A stretch of 64,000 bases of DNA. Source: Microcoleus sp. (GTDB lineage Bacteria; Cyanobacteriota; Cyanobacteriia; Cyanobacteriales; Microcoleaceae). The stretch lies in NCBI GenBank assembly GCA_042408215.1, contig JAYFMW010000028.1:224001-288000 (forward strand), given 5' to 3'. A program made the translations under genes and the position numbers. The notes under the pieces were generated by a model, which was not told where the DNA came from, searched no databases, and saw only the letters and a list, made by a program, of their open reading frames with translations. Positions 1 to 10,198 of this stretch are shown piece by piece (positions within the stretch are counted from its first letter, which is position 1; the number at the start of each line of letters is the position of its first letter).

Positions 1-1820
1 AAAGCGTAGTATTTCCGCAGTTCAGTCGGAGCCACAGCATCGCTGCTAATCTCTTTCACTTCACCTTCAGCAGTACCAAATTCCATCGCCGGGAAAGCTT
101 CTACATTCACTTCCACAGGTACGCAGTCGTAGTGCGTTAAACCCAGTTTCTCTCTGTTAATTTCCTTCTCAGGACACACACAACTTTTACCTTTTTCGCA
201 GTCAATCTTTTCTCCATCTAATTGTTTGCCGTGATACGGCTCCAATTTTTCCCGCTTCTTCCTCAAAGCATCCAATACGAGAGCCACGTTGCTGTTTTCA
301 AGGTAAACAATTGCTTGCAAACCATTTTCGTCATCCAAAACCTTGAGCAGCTTCTCGGTTTGCTGCGCTTCATAATAAGCCTCTTCGCAGCGTTGGGGAC
401 GCGGTTCCCCTGGCTTTAGCACCGAGTTAATAATGGATTGGCAGATCGGATCTTTCGCCATATCCAACTTAGCTTTCTCCTTCGTAGAAGGTTTCAAATC
501 AAAAATAACGCCGGATACTGGAGACTTCATAACTTGAGTGTTGCGGTTTTCTTGCGCCTTTTCTAGCTGAGCATTTACTTCGGACAGTTTTTTCAGGTTT
601 TCCACTTTAAAGCGGCTGAGCTGAGAATCGCTGCTGGCAATTTGTTTCTGGTTTTCAGCAATTTTAGTATAAAGTTCTTTTGCCCAGGAATCCTTAGTGT
701 TTTTCAACTGTTCCTGGGCGCGCTTAATCGACTCCTGAATGCGGGCTTGCTCTCCTTGCTGGCGTTGCACTTCCGCTGTAATTTTTTGAATATCACCTTC
801 GCGCGCATTAATTTCGCCTCGGCGTGTATTTATCTCACCTCGGCGCGTGTTAATTTCACCCAGCCGCCCATTGATTTCGCCTTCGCGCTGTTTGATTTGA
901 TCTTGCTGTTTCAGAACTTCGCTTTGGCCTCGGAAAACGTCTTGTTCCTGTTTTTCTTTTTGCAGTTCAGCGATGGCTCCAGCCTCCACCAGTGGGACGA
1001 GTCTGCTCAAAATGCCTTGATTCGACTTCAACACCTGTTGGGACTTAGTTAACTGTTCGTCAGCCAATTGTTTCTGAGCCACGGCAGATTTTACTTGCTC
1101 TTGCGAAGAAGCTAACTGCTGCTGAGCATAATTTAATTGGTTCTGAGCAAAACCCAATTGCTGCTGGGCTACTGTCATTTGATTTCCGGCCGCTTTCTCA
1201 GCATCCTCAGCTTGCTTCAGTTGTTTTTCCAACTCCTGAACTTGTCCTTGGGCTGCGGCTACACGAGACAGAAATTCCGATCGATAATTAACATAAAGCC
1301 CTTGCTGAGCTGCATCAAAATTTCCGCTCGCTCCCCGGTTGAGGTACAGTTCGTCAATCAAAGCTTGCAGCACTTGATTTTGTGCCGCCAGGCTCTGTCT
1401 GTCTTTGATGGTTGATTCTAGGTTAGAAGGAATAGGGCCTTGAATTTTGCCACTCACAACATCTTCGTAAAATTTATTTTCTTTTTCCAGGGCCTCTTTA
1501 GTTTTCTTAATAGAAGTTAAATCAGCACTGGATGCAACGGGGTTAAAAGTGAGGAGAGGCTGGCCTTTTTTCACCCGATCGCCATTTTCGACGTGAACTC
1601 TCACCACCGCACCCGTAGCAGGCGCTTGGATGTCTCTAGCACCATCTTTTAGTTCCAATTGGCCGACTGCGGGGACAGCTTGTTCGATGCTAGCAAAATA
1701 CGCCCAAACCACAGCAGAAGTGGTCATCAACATGATCATCCACAAAAACAAGTGCGACCAAATCGCTGGTTTTTCTAGAATGACTGGTTGTTCTGAAAGT
1801 ATGATCGATTTCATTGCCAT
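1..1820 (-). CDS. hlyD: HlyD-family membrane fusion protein (type I secretion adaptor); 3' end runs off the window
   Basis: Manual translation from ATG at 1820: MAMKSIILSEQPVILEKPAIWSHLFLW...IEQAVPAVGQLE...IQAPATGAVVRVHVENGDRVKKGQPLL, long coiled coil, then ...VNVEAFPAMEFGTAEGEV. Absent from the ORF track because it has no stop in the window. Confidence 0.9.
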   Translation of the reverse strand, partial: MAMKSIILSEQPVILEKPAIWSHLFLWMIMLMTTSAVVWAYFASIEQAVPAVGQLELKDGARDIQAPATGAVVRVHVENGDRVKKGQPLLTFNPVASSADLTSIKKTKEALEKENKFYEDVVSGKIQGPIPSNLESTIKDRQSLAAQNQVLQALIDELYLNRGASGNFDAAQQGLYVNYRSEFLSRVAAAQGQVQELEKQLKQAEDAEKAAGNQMTVAQQQLGFAQNQLNYAQQQLASSQEQVKSAVAQKQLADEQLTKSQQVLKSNQGILSRLVPLVEAGAIAELQKEKQEQDVFRGQSEVLKQQDQIKQREGEINGRLGEINTRRGEINTRRGEINAREGDIQKITAEVQRQQGEQARIQESIKRAQEQLKNTKDSWAKELYTKIAENQKQIASSDSQLSRFKVENLKKLSEVNAQLEKAQENRNTQVMKSPVSGVIFDLKPSTKEKAKLDMAKDPICQSIINSVLKPGEPRPQRCEEAYYEAQQTEKLLKVLDDENGLQAIVYLENSNVALVLDALRKKREKLEPYHGKQLDGEKIDCEKGKSCVCPEKEINREKLGLTHYDCVPVEVNVEAFPAMEFGTAEGEVKEISSDAVAPTELRKYYA

Positions 1821-1850
1821 ATGTTTAGTTGTTATTTGTTAGTTGTTATT

Positions 1851-2068
1851 TGGGCATTGGGCATTGGGCATTGGGCATTGGGCATTGGGCATTGGGCATT
1901 GGTGATTTTAAATTACTGTTTGTGATGATTTTTGAGGGATTACCGATTACCGATTACCGATTACCAATTACCAATTACCAATTACCAATTACCCATTCCC
2001 CATTCCCCATTCCCCATTCCCCATTCCCCATTCCCCATGACCAATTCCCCATGACCAATTCCCCATGA
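1851..2068. repeat. Cyanobacterial STRR heptamer tracts (GGGCATT)n, (ATTACC[G/A])n, (CCCCATT)n
   Basis: Visible 7-nt tandem repeats. The GGGCATT and CCCCATT/CCCATG tracts form an imperfect inverted pair. Confidence 0.95.
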
Positions 2069-5000
2069 TTAGGTGTTCGATGCCTCTTGTTGTTGGAAGA
2101 GGCAATAGTAACGTCCTTTAAGACCCATTAATTCTTTATGAGTTCCCTGCTCGACGACAGCACCTTGATCCATCATAATAATCACATCAGCATTTTGGAT
2201 GGTAGTTAGGCGGTGAGTAATGAAAAACACCGTGCGACCGGCGAAAGCTTCTGCTAAGTTATTACAAACTTGGCGTTCTGAATGATAGTCGAGCGCGCTT
2301 GTAGCTTCGTCCAAAATCAGCAGTTTCGGGTTTTGCAAAATTGTCCGGGCGATCGCCAAACGCTGCCTTTGACCCCCAGAAAGCGAAGATCCCCGCTCTC
2401 CCACTATCGTATTATAGCCAGCAGGTAAGCCCATAATAAAATCGTGAGCCACCGCTAGTTTGGCAGCTCGGACAATCTCATCCGTGCTCGCATCGGGATT
2501 GCTCAGAGCAATATTTTCCTGCACCGTACAGTTAAACAGCAAAGTATCTTGCAGCACCACCCCAAGTTGGCTGCGGAGCGAATACAATTCCACCTTAGCA
2601 ATGTCATATCCGTCAATAAAAATCCGACCAGACAGCGGGGGATAAAGACGCTGCAACAGCTTCATCGCTGTACTCTTACCGGAACCGCTTCCCCCCACAA
2701 TTCCCACAAAACTACCAGCCGCAAATTCTAAATTCACATTAGCCAATTGCAGTGACCCGCTCTCCAGGAATCGGAAGGAAACCTCCTCATATGTCACCTG
2801 GCCTTGAATTGCCGGCATCGGGATGTTGCTGCGGTCTTCATCGCTGGTTTCTGTCGGCGTATCGACCACATCCTTAAGCATATCGATCGACATTGACACT
2901 TCTTGGAAACTCTGCCACACGCTCACAAACCTGAGCAGCGAACCTGTCACGTTCCCCGAAATAATTCGGAAAGCAATTAACTGACCCAAAGTAATCTGAT
3001 TTCCCAGTACCAAATAAGCTCCCACCCACAACTGAGCTAAGTTACCCACCTGGTTTAAAAAGCTACTAATCGTCCCGGCCGTAGTCCCCGTAATAATAGT
3101 TTTAAAACTCGCCGTAATGTATTTAGCATAGCGGCTAGACCACTCCCAGCGGGATTTCAATTCAATATTTTGAGCCTTAACAGTTTGAATCCCGCTGACT
3201 ACTTCAACTAAATAAGATTGAGAGTCAGCAAAACGCATATTTCTTTGTTTAATCAGGCGCAGCACCAGGGGATTTATCAGGACGATCATCAAGGCAAGTA
3301 TCGGTACAACTGCCAAAGATACGAAGGTTAGCGGCACGCTGTAGGAGAGCATCACGGCGACGTAAACCACCGAAAATACTGCATCGAGAACCACTGTCAG
3401 AGCTGTGCTGGTCATGAATTCCCGAATCTGGCCCATCATGCTGAATTTGTAGACCAAATCTCCCACGCGCCGATTGTCAAAGTAATTTTGGGGAAGTCGG
3501 AGCAAGTGGTCGATGACTTCTGCGCTCAATTTGACATCGATGCGGTTTGAAGTGTCTATAAACAAGAAGGTACGCAAACCGTTGAGCAGTCCTTCAAACA
3601 GGGCAACACCTAACAGAAACGCCCCCAAAACATCCAAGGTGTCAATGCTGCGCTGGCCTAATACTTTATCAATAATTACTTGGCTGATTAATGGGTTTGC
3701 CAGACCGAATAGCTGCACGAAAAACGAGGCTAACAACACCTCAATAAATACTGTCTTGTGTTCCATCAGCGCCGGCACAAACCACCAGAAGCTGAACTGC
3801 TCTTTTTGTTCAACTTGCGGGGCTTGCAGCAGCAGGACTTCTCCTACCTCGCCCCAGATTTCTTTAAACTGAGGTACGCGCTTTCGCATCAGCCCTTCTT
3901 CGGGGCTGGCCATCACCAATTCCTGCTCGGTAATGCTGTAAATAATGGCAAAGCCGTCTTTCCATTTAATCATTACCGGGGCTTTGATGCGGTTGATGGC
4001 TTCTGCTGGTACTTGGGCCAATTGAGGGGTGAGGCCGATGCTTTGGGCGATCGCACCGCAGGCTTGCATACTGATGGAACCAGCGGTTTTTAACTGATTT
4101 TCTAGAACTTTGCGGATGATATCTCGACGAAATTTGATGGCGAAATACTTGCTCAACATCTGGAAGCAAGCTAGCGGCCCGTCTATTGGCCCTCTGCTTC
4201 GGAAAACTGGGTATCTACCGCTATCCTTTGGTTGGTTGGATGTCGGTTCTGGGGGACGCTCTGGGGCGATGGGTACATCGTTAAAGCTGATGGGCGGCTT
4301 TTTCCCTAAACCGACCGTTGCTGTCTCTGTCGAGCCATTTAGTGGATCTGGTAGCTCTGGTTGTGATGCTGGGCCTTCCCGGAAGCCTACCAAGCGCGCG
4401 CCTCTGGGGCCTTCTACTTTTAAGGATTTGGCTTCGCCGTCAATTTGCAAGCGACTGCCGGTGGGAAAGTCGCCCAAGACGCCGCTGCTGACGAGCCAAA
4501 TTCGATCGCCCTCTAACTGTTTGGCGAGCTCTTGGGTTTTTTTCTGACCGTTTGGCAGGTTGACAACTGTCGCGTCTTGCCAAGCTTGCAGGGTGATTTC
4601 CTTGAGGTTGGAGGTGCCGTCGGCCTGGCGCTGCAATTCTAGGCTCAACAGTTCAAATACTTCGCTCAAGGAACAGTGGTCGCGAAATGCTTCTCCAAAT
4701 TTCGGCTGTTTTTCCAGTACGCTCAGGAAATCTTCGGCTGGTAGGACGATCGCAATCACATCTGTAGAGGCGATCGCAGTTTCGCAGGGAACCCCTCTGA
4801 GTAACCCAGCCCAGCCGAGAATTTCCTGGGACTGCACCAGGCGCAAACTTACGTGGCGCTGCGACCTCTGGTCAAAGCCCAGCATTCGGGCCTGACCTTC
4901 ATAGATAATTGCCACCTGAGTCGGCATTTTTTCCCGTTCAAACAGGGGTTGCCCCGTCCGATAACCTAAGAGTTGGCACTTCGCCACCAAAGCGGTGAGA

Positions 5001-5083
5001 GCCGTCTCTGAGAGTCGGTCAAAAGGGGGAGTTTGAGCCAGGAAATCCTGAATCTGGGATAGGGAAACAGCGGAAGAAGTCAT
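2069..5083 (-). CDS. hlyB: Type I secretion ABC transporter (cNMP-binding-like + C39-like + ABC membrane + ATPase), HlyB-like
   Basis: Walker A GGSGSGKS, LSGGQRQR signature and DEATSALD. The C39-like region (DGPLACFQM) lacks the catalytic Cys of the DCG motif. Confidence 0.9.
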   Translation of the reverse strand: MTSSAVSLSQIQDFLAQTPPFDRLSETALTALVAKCQLLGYRTGQPLFEREKMPTQVAIIYEGQARMLGFDQRSQRHVSLRLVQSQEILGWAGLLRGVPCETAIASTDVIAIVLPAEDFLSVLEKQPKFGEAFRDHCSLSEVFELLSLELQRQADGTSNLKEITLQAWQDATVVNLPNGQKKTQELAKQLEGDRIWLVSSGVLGDFPTGSRLQIDGEAKSLKVEGPRGARLVGFREGPASQPELPDPLNGSTETATVGLGKKPPISFNDVPIAPERPPEPTSNQPKDSGRYPVFRSRGPIDGPLACFQMLSKYFAIKFRRDIIRKVLENQLKTAGSISMQACGAIAQSIGLTPQLAQVPAEAINRIKAPVMIKWKDGFAIIYSITEQELVMASPEEGLMRKRVPQFKEIWGEVGEVLLLQAPQVEQKEQFSFWWFVPALMEHKTVFIEVLLASFFVQLFGLANPLISQVIIDKVLGQRSIDTLDVLGAFLLGVALFEGLLNGLRTFLFIDTSNRIDVKLSAEVIDHLLRLPQNYFDNRRVGDLVYKFSMMGQIREFMTSTALTVVLDAVFSVVYVAVMLSYSVPLTFVSLAVVPILALMIVLINPLVLRLIKQRNMRFADSQSYLVEVVSGIQTVKAQNIELKSRWEWSSRYAKYITASFKTIITGTTAGTISSFLNQVGNLAQLWVGAYLVLGNQITLGQLIAFRIISGNVTGSLLRFVSVWQSFQEVSMSIDMLKDVVDTPTETSDEDRSNIPMPAIQGQVTYEEVSFRFLESGSLQLANVNLEFAAGSFVGIVGGSGSGKSTAMKLLQRLYPPLSGRIFIDGYDIAKVELYSLRSQLGVVLQDTLLFNCTVQENIALSNPDASTDEIVRAAKLAVAHDFIMGLPAGYNTIVGERGSSLSGGQRQRLAIARTILQNPKLLILDEATSALDYHSERQVCNNLAEAFAGRTVFFITHRLTTIQNADVIIMMDQGAVVEQGTHKELMGLKGRYYCLFQQQEASNT

Positions 5084-5138
5084 CCGATTTTTGATTTTTG
5101 ATTTTTGATTTTAGATTGAAGAATTGAGTCCACAGCCT

Positions 5139-5891
5139 TTACCGTTCAATGGCAGACACGGAAGAGAGGGGCTGTAGCGGGCCTATTTTCGATATCTGTT
5201 CGGCTAGCCAGCTTTCAAAGAGTTCGTCAATCAAGTGCCTACGCATCGAGTCATCGAGCTGAGCTGGCATGAACTTTTCTAGTCGAATAATTACCATCCA
5301 TTCTGCCAGAGGACGTGGCGTCCAGAGTTGATTTGGTTGGCTGACTGACAAAAGTTTACTGATTGCTGGGTGCGGCTGGCTGAGGGGTACTGGGCCCAAC
5401 AAGCCACCGGACTTGGACTCTGGGCCTTCGGAAAAGTCGCGGGCCACTTCGGCAAAGCTTTGTTCGCCTTCGAGGATGCGAAAGTAAAGCTCGTTGGCTA
5501 GTGCTGGATTTTTAGTGCGAACCAGGGAATAGACTACGTGGTCTAGGCTGGCCTTGCGGGTTAAAAAATAGTTATCTACTTTATGTCTCCAAGTGGCTTG
5601 CTTAAATTTTTCGATCAGCAAGGGCCTGACGGCCATCTCTTGAAGTTCTTCTACGGTCATATTCTGGCTACGCAGCCAAGCTTCTCTGGCTTCAGGGGCT
5701 GTCAGTTGGTACTGGGCGAGAAAGTTTTCGACGGCGGATTGTCGTTCTTCGTCGTTGCAACTAAAGGATGCGATCGCTTGGTCTACGATTACACCCCGCA
5801 AAAATTGTGGCATCAACTGATACCGCTTCAGGAGCGATGGCATATCCTGAGCTTGCAGTAATTTATCCCCGATCTGAAAAAGTCCTGTCAT
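5139..5891 (-). CDS. PpiC/parvulin-type peptidylprolyl isomerase, T1SS-associated
   Basis: SFAEVARDFSEGPESKSGGLLGPV motif; typical position upstream of cyanobacterial hlyB-hlyD. Confidence 0.85.
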   Translation of the reverse strand: MTGLFQIGDKLLQAQDMPSLLKRYQLMPQFLRGVIVDQAIASFSCNDEERQSAVENFLAQYQLTAPEAREAWLRSQNMTVEELQEMAVRPLLIEKFKQATWRHKVDNYFLTRKASLDHVVYSLVRTKNPALANELYFRILEGEQSFAEVARDFSEGPESKSGGLLGPVPLSQPHPAISKLLSVSQPNQLWTPRPLAEWMVIIRLEKFMPAQLDDSMRRHLIDELFESWLAEQISKIGPLQPLSSVSAIER

Positions 5892-6089
5892 TTTTGTATC
5901 TCCAACTGACTTGCGCTTCCCCTTTTAATCTAACTGTGGTAGGAAAAGAGCGACAACCTCTAACACCTAGATTTTCCGATGATAGCAGACGCGCTTGCCG
6001 ACAAGCGCTGTTGCCGTCTATTTCCTGACGCTCTGCCTTCCCAGGGGTTCCCCGGTTTATTCTTCTAACTAATGACTAATCACCAATGA

Positions 6090-9000
6090 CTAATCACTAA
6101 ATAGTTTTTCGATCTGAGCTGAGTAAGAGCGACTGTCGAGAAATCTGGGGTTGGCCGCCATTTGTTGCTGAATTCGATCGCGATATTTTTGCCGCCATTC
6201 GGGATTGCTTCCCAGTGCTACGCTTAGCTCTACATAAGAATTCTCACTGTTTGCTACCAGTTCAGGAAATTGCAGTTCTCTGAGCAGTGCTGCTGAAACG
6301 CGCTGCTGACTTATTAGCCCAGATCTTACCACCACCGGCAACCCAGCCAGCAACGGTTCTACCAGGGAGGCGACACCGCTGCAAGGATAGGAGTCTAAAT
6401 ATATATCTGCTAATTTCAAACATTCTTGGTAATCTGCACGGGTTGGCAGAGCCTCGATCGCAACTAAGCGCTTTTTGTCAATACCAAATTCGGCAAAGAG
6501 CGATCGCATTTGATGGTAAAAAGGCATCGTCGGATAGTTTTCCGGGCAGGAATGAAAGGGATATAAAACTAAAATCGAATGAGGTACGGCGGCAATAATT
6601 TTTGCCCAAGTTTCTCTCAATTCTGGGATAATTTCAAACGCCCTAGCACCCGACATGAACACTACAGATTTGTCGGTTGCTCCCCAACTCTTGCGAGTCG
6701 GTTGAACTCTGGGATTTTCTGATTCTACAGGATAGCTGAAACAAACTCCAGAGCCTTCTAAAGTAATTAATTTTTCGCGATATTCGGCTGGTGCATCGGC
6801 GGCTAAGGTCAATTTTCCGGCAAGGAAGCGATCGATATTTCGGGTTGTGGTGATGGCTGGGATTGATGCAGCGGCTGCTATTTGTAGCCTTGCTAGTCGG
6901 TGTACTGACAACCATGCGGTGGGTTTGGCAATGTCGGCGATATTCGTGCCAATTAGCAGAATGTCCAAATCGTGCGATCGCATTTTTTGTACTTGATTGT
7001 GCAAGTCTCCTGAAAGTTGCACTAGCTTATCGGCTCGACTTTCACAGTATTTACCCAATTCCTCGGCCTGGATTTGGAAATAATACACGATAATTTCAAA
7101 CTTGTTTCTGTCTAAATATTCAAAGGCAGGAATTGTGGCAAAAGTCTCCGATTCATCACTAATTTTTTCTAGCAAAATTCCCAGCCTGATTTTCTTTTTT
7201 TGTTCGGTAATTTTGTCAAAAGTATAGTTAATTTGACAGCCGATATTTCTCAAATAAAATTCTAGAATATCAGATTGCTGACTCAAAACATTCACAAGAT
7301 TTGCCTCCCTTAGAGCCAAAGCTTCGCAGCTAACATTCTTGACAAAAAATTGCGCCAAATAGCGCCAAACTTCCGACTCAGGAAAACTGGCTATATTAGC
7401 AGCAACATAACTGATTAGCTGCTGCCAATATTCCGAGTATTTTTCTAGTTCCCCGGTTTCTTGAAAATAACTGGGAGTCTGAAATAGGAATTGCAAAAAG
7501 TCCTCAAAAAACCACTGGGGAATCGCTGCATTTCTATACTCCAACGGCAACTGATAAGCCTCGCGGTACAGCATAGCTGCGAGGAAATATGGAAGATTAT
7601 TGGCAATTTTGCCTCGATCAAGTTGGGTGACTAGAGTCTGAAAAAAACTGGTTTCTGCATCAGTAAAGATTTCATTTCTTATCCCACTATCTAGCAGCAA
7701 TTTGTGAGCTTTTCCCGTTTCTCCCAAGTAAGCACTTTCCCATTTTTCAGCGGACAAATTCAGCCAATGTCTAGCTATTGCTTGGCGGTGTTGGCGCATT
7801 TGTGCGAGAATAGACTCCTTAGTTGGTGATTTTTTGTAATCTTCAACCAGCTTGGATAACTCAGATGAATTCCGCTGAGTTCTCAAATCTAATTTCTGTT
7901 GAATTGTCTGTTGAATTTGTGGATTCAGAAAACTGTATTCAGGACTATTTAGTAGTTTCTTGTAAAATCTGACTACATCTTTATGATTTTCGCCGGCAGC
8001 GAAGTTTTTCCAAGTTTGTTGTTCGGGATGAATCCGCAGCGATGAGAGTTTTTCGTCTACAAATCCGATGTGATAATTTCCCATAATTCGCCACCACATA
8101 TCTAAGTCTACATACTGAGATAATCCCGAATCAAATAATCCTATTTCGGCAAAAACGCGGGCGGCAATTAAGACTGTGCTCGGTTCGCCAATTTTGTTAA
8201 TTGGGTTGTTCATGCAGTTAGCATCTGCTAGCAATTCTTGTCCTGGCTGAATTGATTTTAAATTCGACCAACCTTTGTGCAAATCTTTAATTGATTGGGA
8301 AGCTTTTCGCAAAATGGGATTCGATTCTGCTGCGTCTATGGTGATACCACGGGGGGAGAAAACCATCCCAATTTTTGGATGTTGTTCAGCGACGGCGACC
8401 ATTTTAGCAATACATTCTGGTGCGAGTAAGTCGTCTTGAAATATAAATTTAATGTATTTACCTTTGGCTTGGGATATGCAGAAGTTCCAGTTTTGCGATA
8501 AGCCGTAGTTGCGGTGGAGGATGATGCGGAAATCGGTGGATGTTTGTGATGTGAATGATTGGGCGATCGCAATTGTTTCGTCTGTGGAACCGTCGTCGGA
8601 TATAATCACTTCTATGTTAGGGTAAGTCTGAGCCAAAGCGCTCTGAATTGCTTCCCCAATAAATGCTGCTCCGTTGTATGTGGGAATACAAATACTAACT
8701 AAAGGTTGTGCATTTTGTATTGTCGTAGCCTTAACCGCCGAGGACTTTTCAAACATTCCGCGAGACAAACTTTGAAAATTATCTGTAATTTCAGCAATAT
8801 ATTCCAAACGTTTTTTAATTTTACTCCCGGCTACTTGCGGATTGAGTAAAGTCTTAATTTCCTCAGCCCCTATTTGACCAATTTCCTGAGCTTCCTGGTA
8901 ATTTTTGAAGACATGACGCATTAAATAAGCAGCGTGTTCTGTATCCGGTTGAGCCCACATATTGCCTTTTTTGTAAGGCCCGCAATCTGCTTCAATTGGT

Positions 9001-9884
9001 ACTAACTTATATTTTACCAAAAAGCTATTGCCGACATTCATGAATTCTGTATTGGATGAATAACCTGTCGCAATTACAGGTTTGCCATAAAACATGGCTT
9101 CAGCCATTGTTAAGCCGAATCCTTCGCAGCGGTGCAGGGATAAGTAACAGTCGCAATTGTAGAGTAAACCGTTGATTTCATCTTTGGATAAATATCCGTC
9201 TAGATGTTTGATGTTTGTCGAATTTCCTAGGGCTGATTTTAACCATGCTAAATCTTTGACATTTTTTTCTGAGTTGGCAGATTTGAGGATCAATAATACG
9301 CTGTCATCTTCGCCAAAAGCTTGTTTAAATGCTTGAATTGCCGCTAAAGGATTTTTGCGTTCGATGCGGCTGGAAAAGTCGAATACAAACAGGAAAATAA
9401 ATTTATTTTCTGGCAAACCCAAGGATTTTCTGTTAAGATAAGATTGGGGTAAATCAATACTGGGCATGATTTTGATGACGGGAATTGGCGAGACTATGGA
9501 AATTGCTTCCGCGCAATAGTTGCTGTAAGTCCATATTTCGTGAAAGTTGTCAAATACAGGTTGCCATTTTTGGGGAAATTCGGGAATCTCCCATGCCCAA
9601 AATCCAATATTGTAGCGATTTGCTAAATAGCTGGAACCTGAATGTTTTAAGAAAGTGTTGACTTCATCGGCGTTGACTTGAATTAAGTTGACGGGATAAG
9701 GATTGTCTTGGCTAAAGTTTTGATAGGTGGTGTCTTGCTTGCGGTGCGGGCTGCGGGTAAAATTGTTGATTGCAAAGGGAATGCCGGCCGCTTCTATGGC
9801 TCTGATATTTGCTCGGACTCCTTCTCCAACTCCAAATTCGCCGTTGATGTAGCCGGCGATGTTAATTCCTAATTTATGGTTCAT
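6090..9884 (-). CDS. Multidomain glycosyltransferase (GT4-like + GT2 + C-terminal GT41/HMW1C-like)
   Basis: SLHRCEGFGLTMAEAM (GT4); VSICIPTYNG...DDGSTD and FQDD (GT2); ADIYLDSYP...EPLLAGLPVV (O-GlcNAc-transferase-like C-terminus). Confidence 0.85.
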   Translation of the reverse strand: MNHKLGINIAGYINGEFGVGEGVRANIRAIEAAGIPFAINNFTRSPHRKQDTTYQNFSQDNPYPVNLIQVNADEVNTFLKHSGSSYLANRYNIGFWAWEIPEFPQKWQPVFDNFHEIWTYSNYCAEAISIVSPIPVIKIMPSIDLPQSYLNRKSLGLPENKFIFLFVFDFSSRIERKNPLAAIQAFKQAFGEDDSVLLILKSANSEKNVKDLAWLKSALGNSTNIKHLDGYLSKDEINGLLYNCDCYLSLHRCEGFGLTMAEAMFYGKPVIATGYSSNTEFMNVGNSFLVKYKLVPIEADCGPYKKGNMWAQPDTEHAAYLMRHVFKNYQEAQEIGQIGAEEIKTLLNPQVAGSKIKKRLEYIAEITDNFQSLSRGMFEKSSAVKATTIQNAQPLVSICIPTYNGAAFIGEAIQSALAQTYPNIEVIISDDGSTDETIAIAQSFTSQTSTDFRIILHRNYGLSQNWNFCISQAKGKYIKFIFQDDLLAPECIAKMVAVAEQHPKIGMVFSPRGITIDAAESNPILRKASQSIKDLHKGWSNLKSIQPGQELLADANCMNNPINKIGEPSTVLIAARVFAEIGLFDSGLSQYVDLDMWWRIMGNYHIGFVDEKLSSLRIHPEQQTWKNFAAGENHKDVVRFYKKLLNSPEYSFLNPQIQQTIQQKLDLRTQRNSSELSKLVEDYKKSPTKESILAQMRQHRQAIARHWLNLSAEKWESAYLGETGKAHKLLLDSGIRNEIFTDAETSFFQTLVTQLDRGKIANNLPYFLAAMLYREAYQLPLEYRNAAIPQWFFEDFLQFLFQTPSYFQETGELEKYSEYWQQLISYVAANIASFPESEVWRYLAQFFVKNVSCEALALREANLVNVLSQQSDILEFYLRNIGCQINYTFDKITEQKKKIRLGILLEKISDESETFATIPAFEYLDRNKFEIIVYYFQIQAEELGKYCESRADKLVQLSGDLHNQVQKMRSHDLDILLIGTNIADIAKPTAWLSVHRLARLQIAAAASIPAITTTRNIDRFLAGKLTLAADAPAEYREKLITLEGSGVCFSYPVESENPRVQPTRKSWGATDKSVVFMSGARAFEIIPELRETWAKIIAAVPHSILVLYPFHSCPENYPTMPFYHQMRSLFAEFGIDKKRLVAIEALPTRADYQECLKLADIYLDSYPCSGVASLVEPLLAGLPVVVRSGLISQQRVSAALLRELQFPELVANSENSYVELSVALGSNPEWRQKYRDRIQQQMAANPRFLDSRSYSAQIEKLFSD

Positions 9885-10019
9885 AGTTTTTTCTTGCTAT
9901 AATAGCGAAGTGGTTCCTGAGCGAAGTCGAAGGCTCTTCTTCTTTTTCCTATATTTTTGCAGCTTTGGTGCTTGACAAATGTGCCGATCGCCATTGTATA
10001 CTGACATCGCCACGCTAAT

Positions 10020-10126
10020 TACTCCGTTCCGACTGGAATAATATCGAATTGTTGAACCGCGAAGACGCTTATGACACGAAGGAAGAGGAAAGAAGCAGTA
10101 GATTATCTTCTGCCGGGAAGGGAGTA
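10020..10126. mobile_element. Small MITE-like element with internal AACCGCGAAGACGC motif
   Basis: Imperfect terminal inverted repeats TACTCCGTTCCG / CGGGAAGGGAGTA. The internal motif recurs near 25139 and inverted near 30025 and 30411. Confidence 0.5.
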
Positions 10127-10198
10127 AAGGATGACGGTCTGTGGTAATCTGTTATTCGGTTTCATTTTATTCAAAATTAATCAGGGAATTTGTAGAAA

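Noticed and set aside
1829..2068. Repeat-peptide ORFs (also 52305-52604, 54601-54786, 54841-55029)
   Set aside because: Translations of STRR heptamers.
2069..5083. Bacteriocin-processing peptidase transporter
   Set aside because: The C39-like domain lacks the catalytic Cys and no double-glycine precursor is visible nearby.
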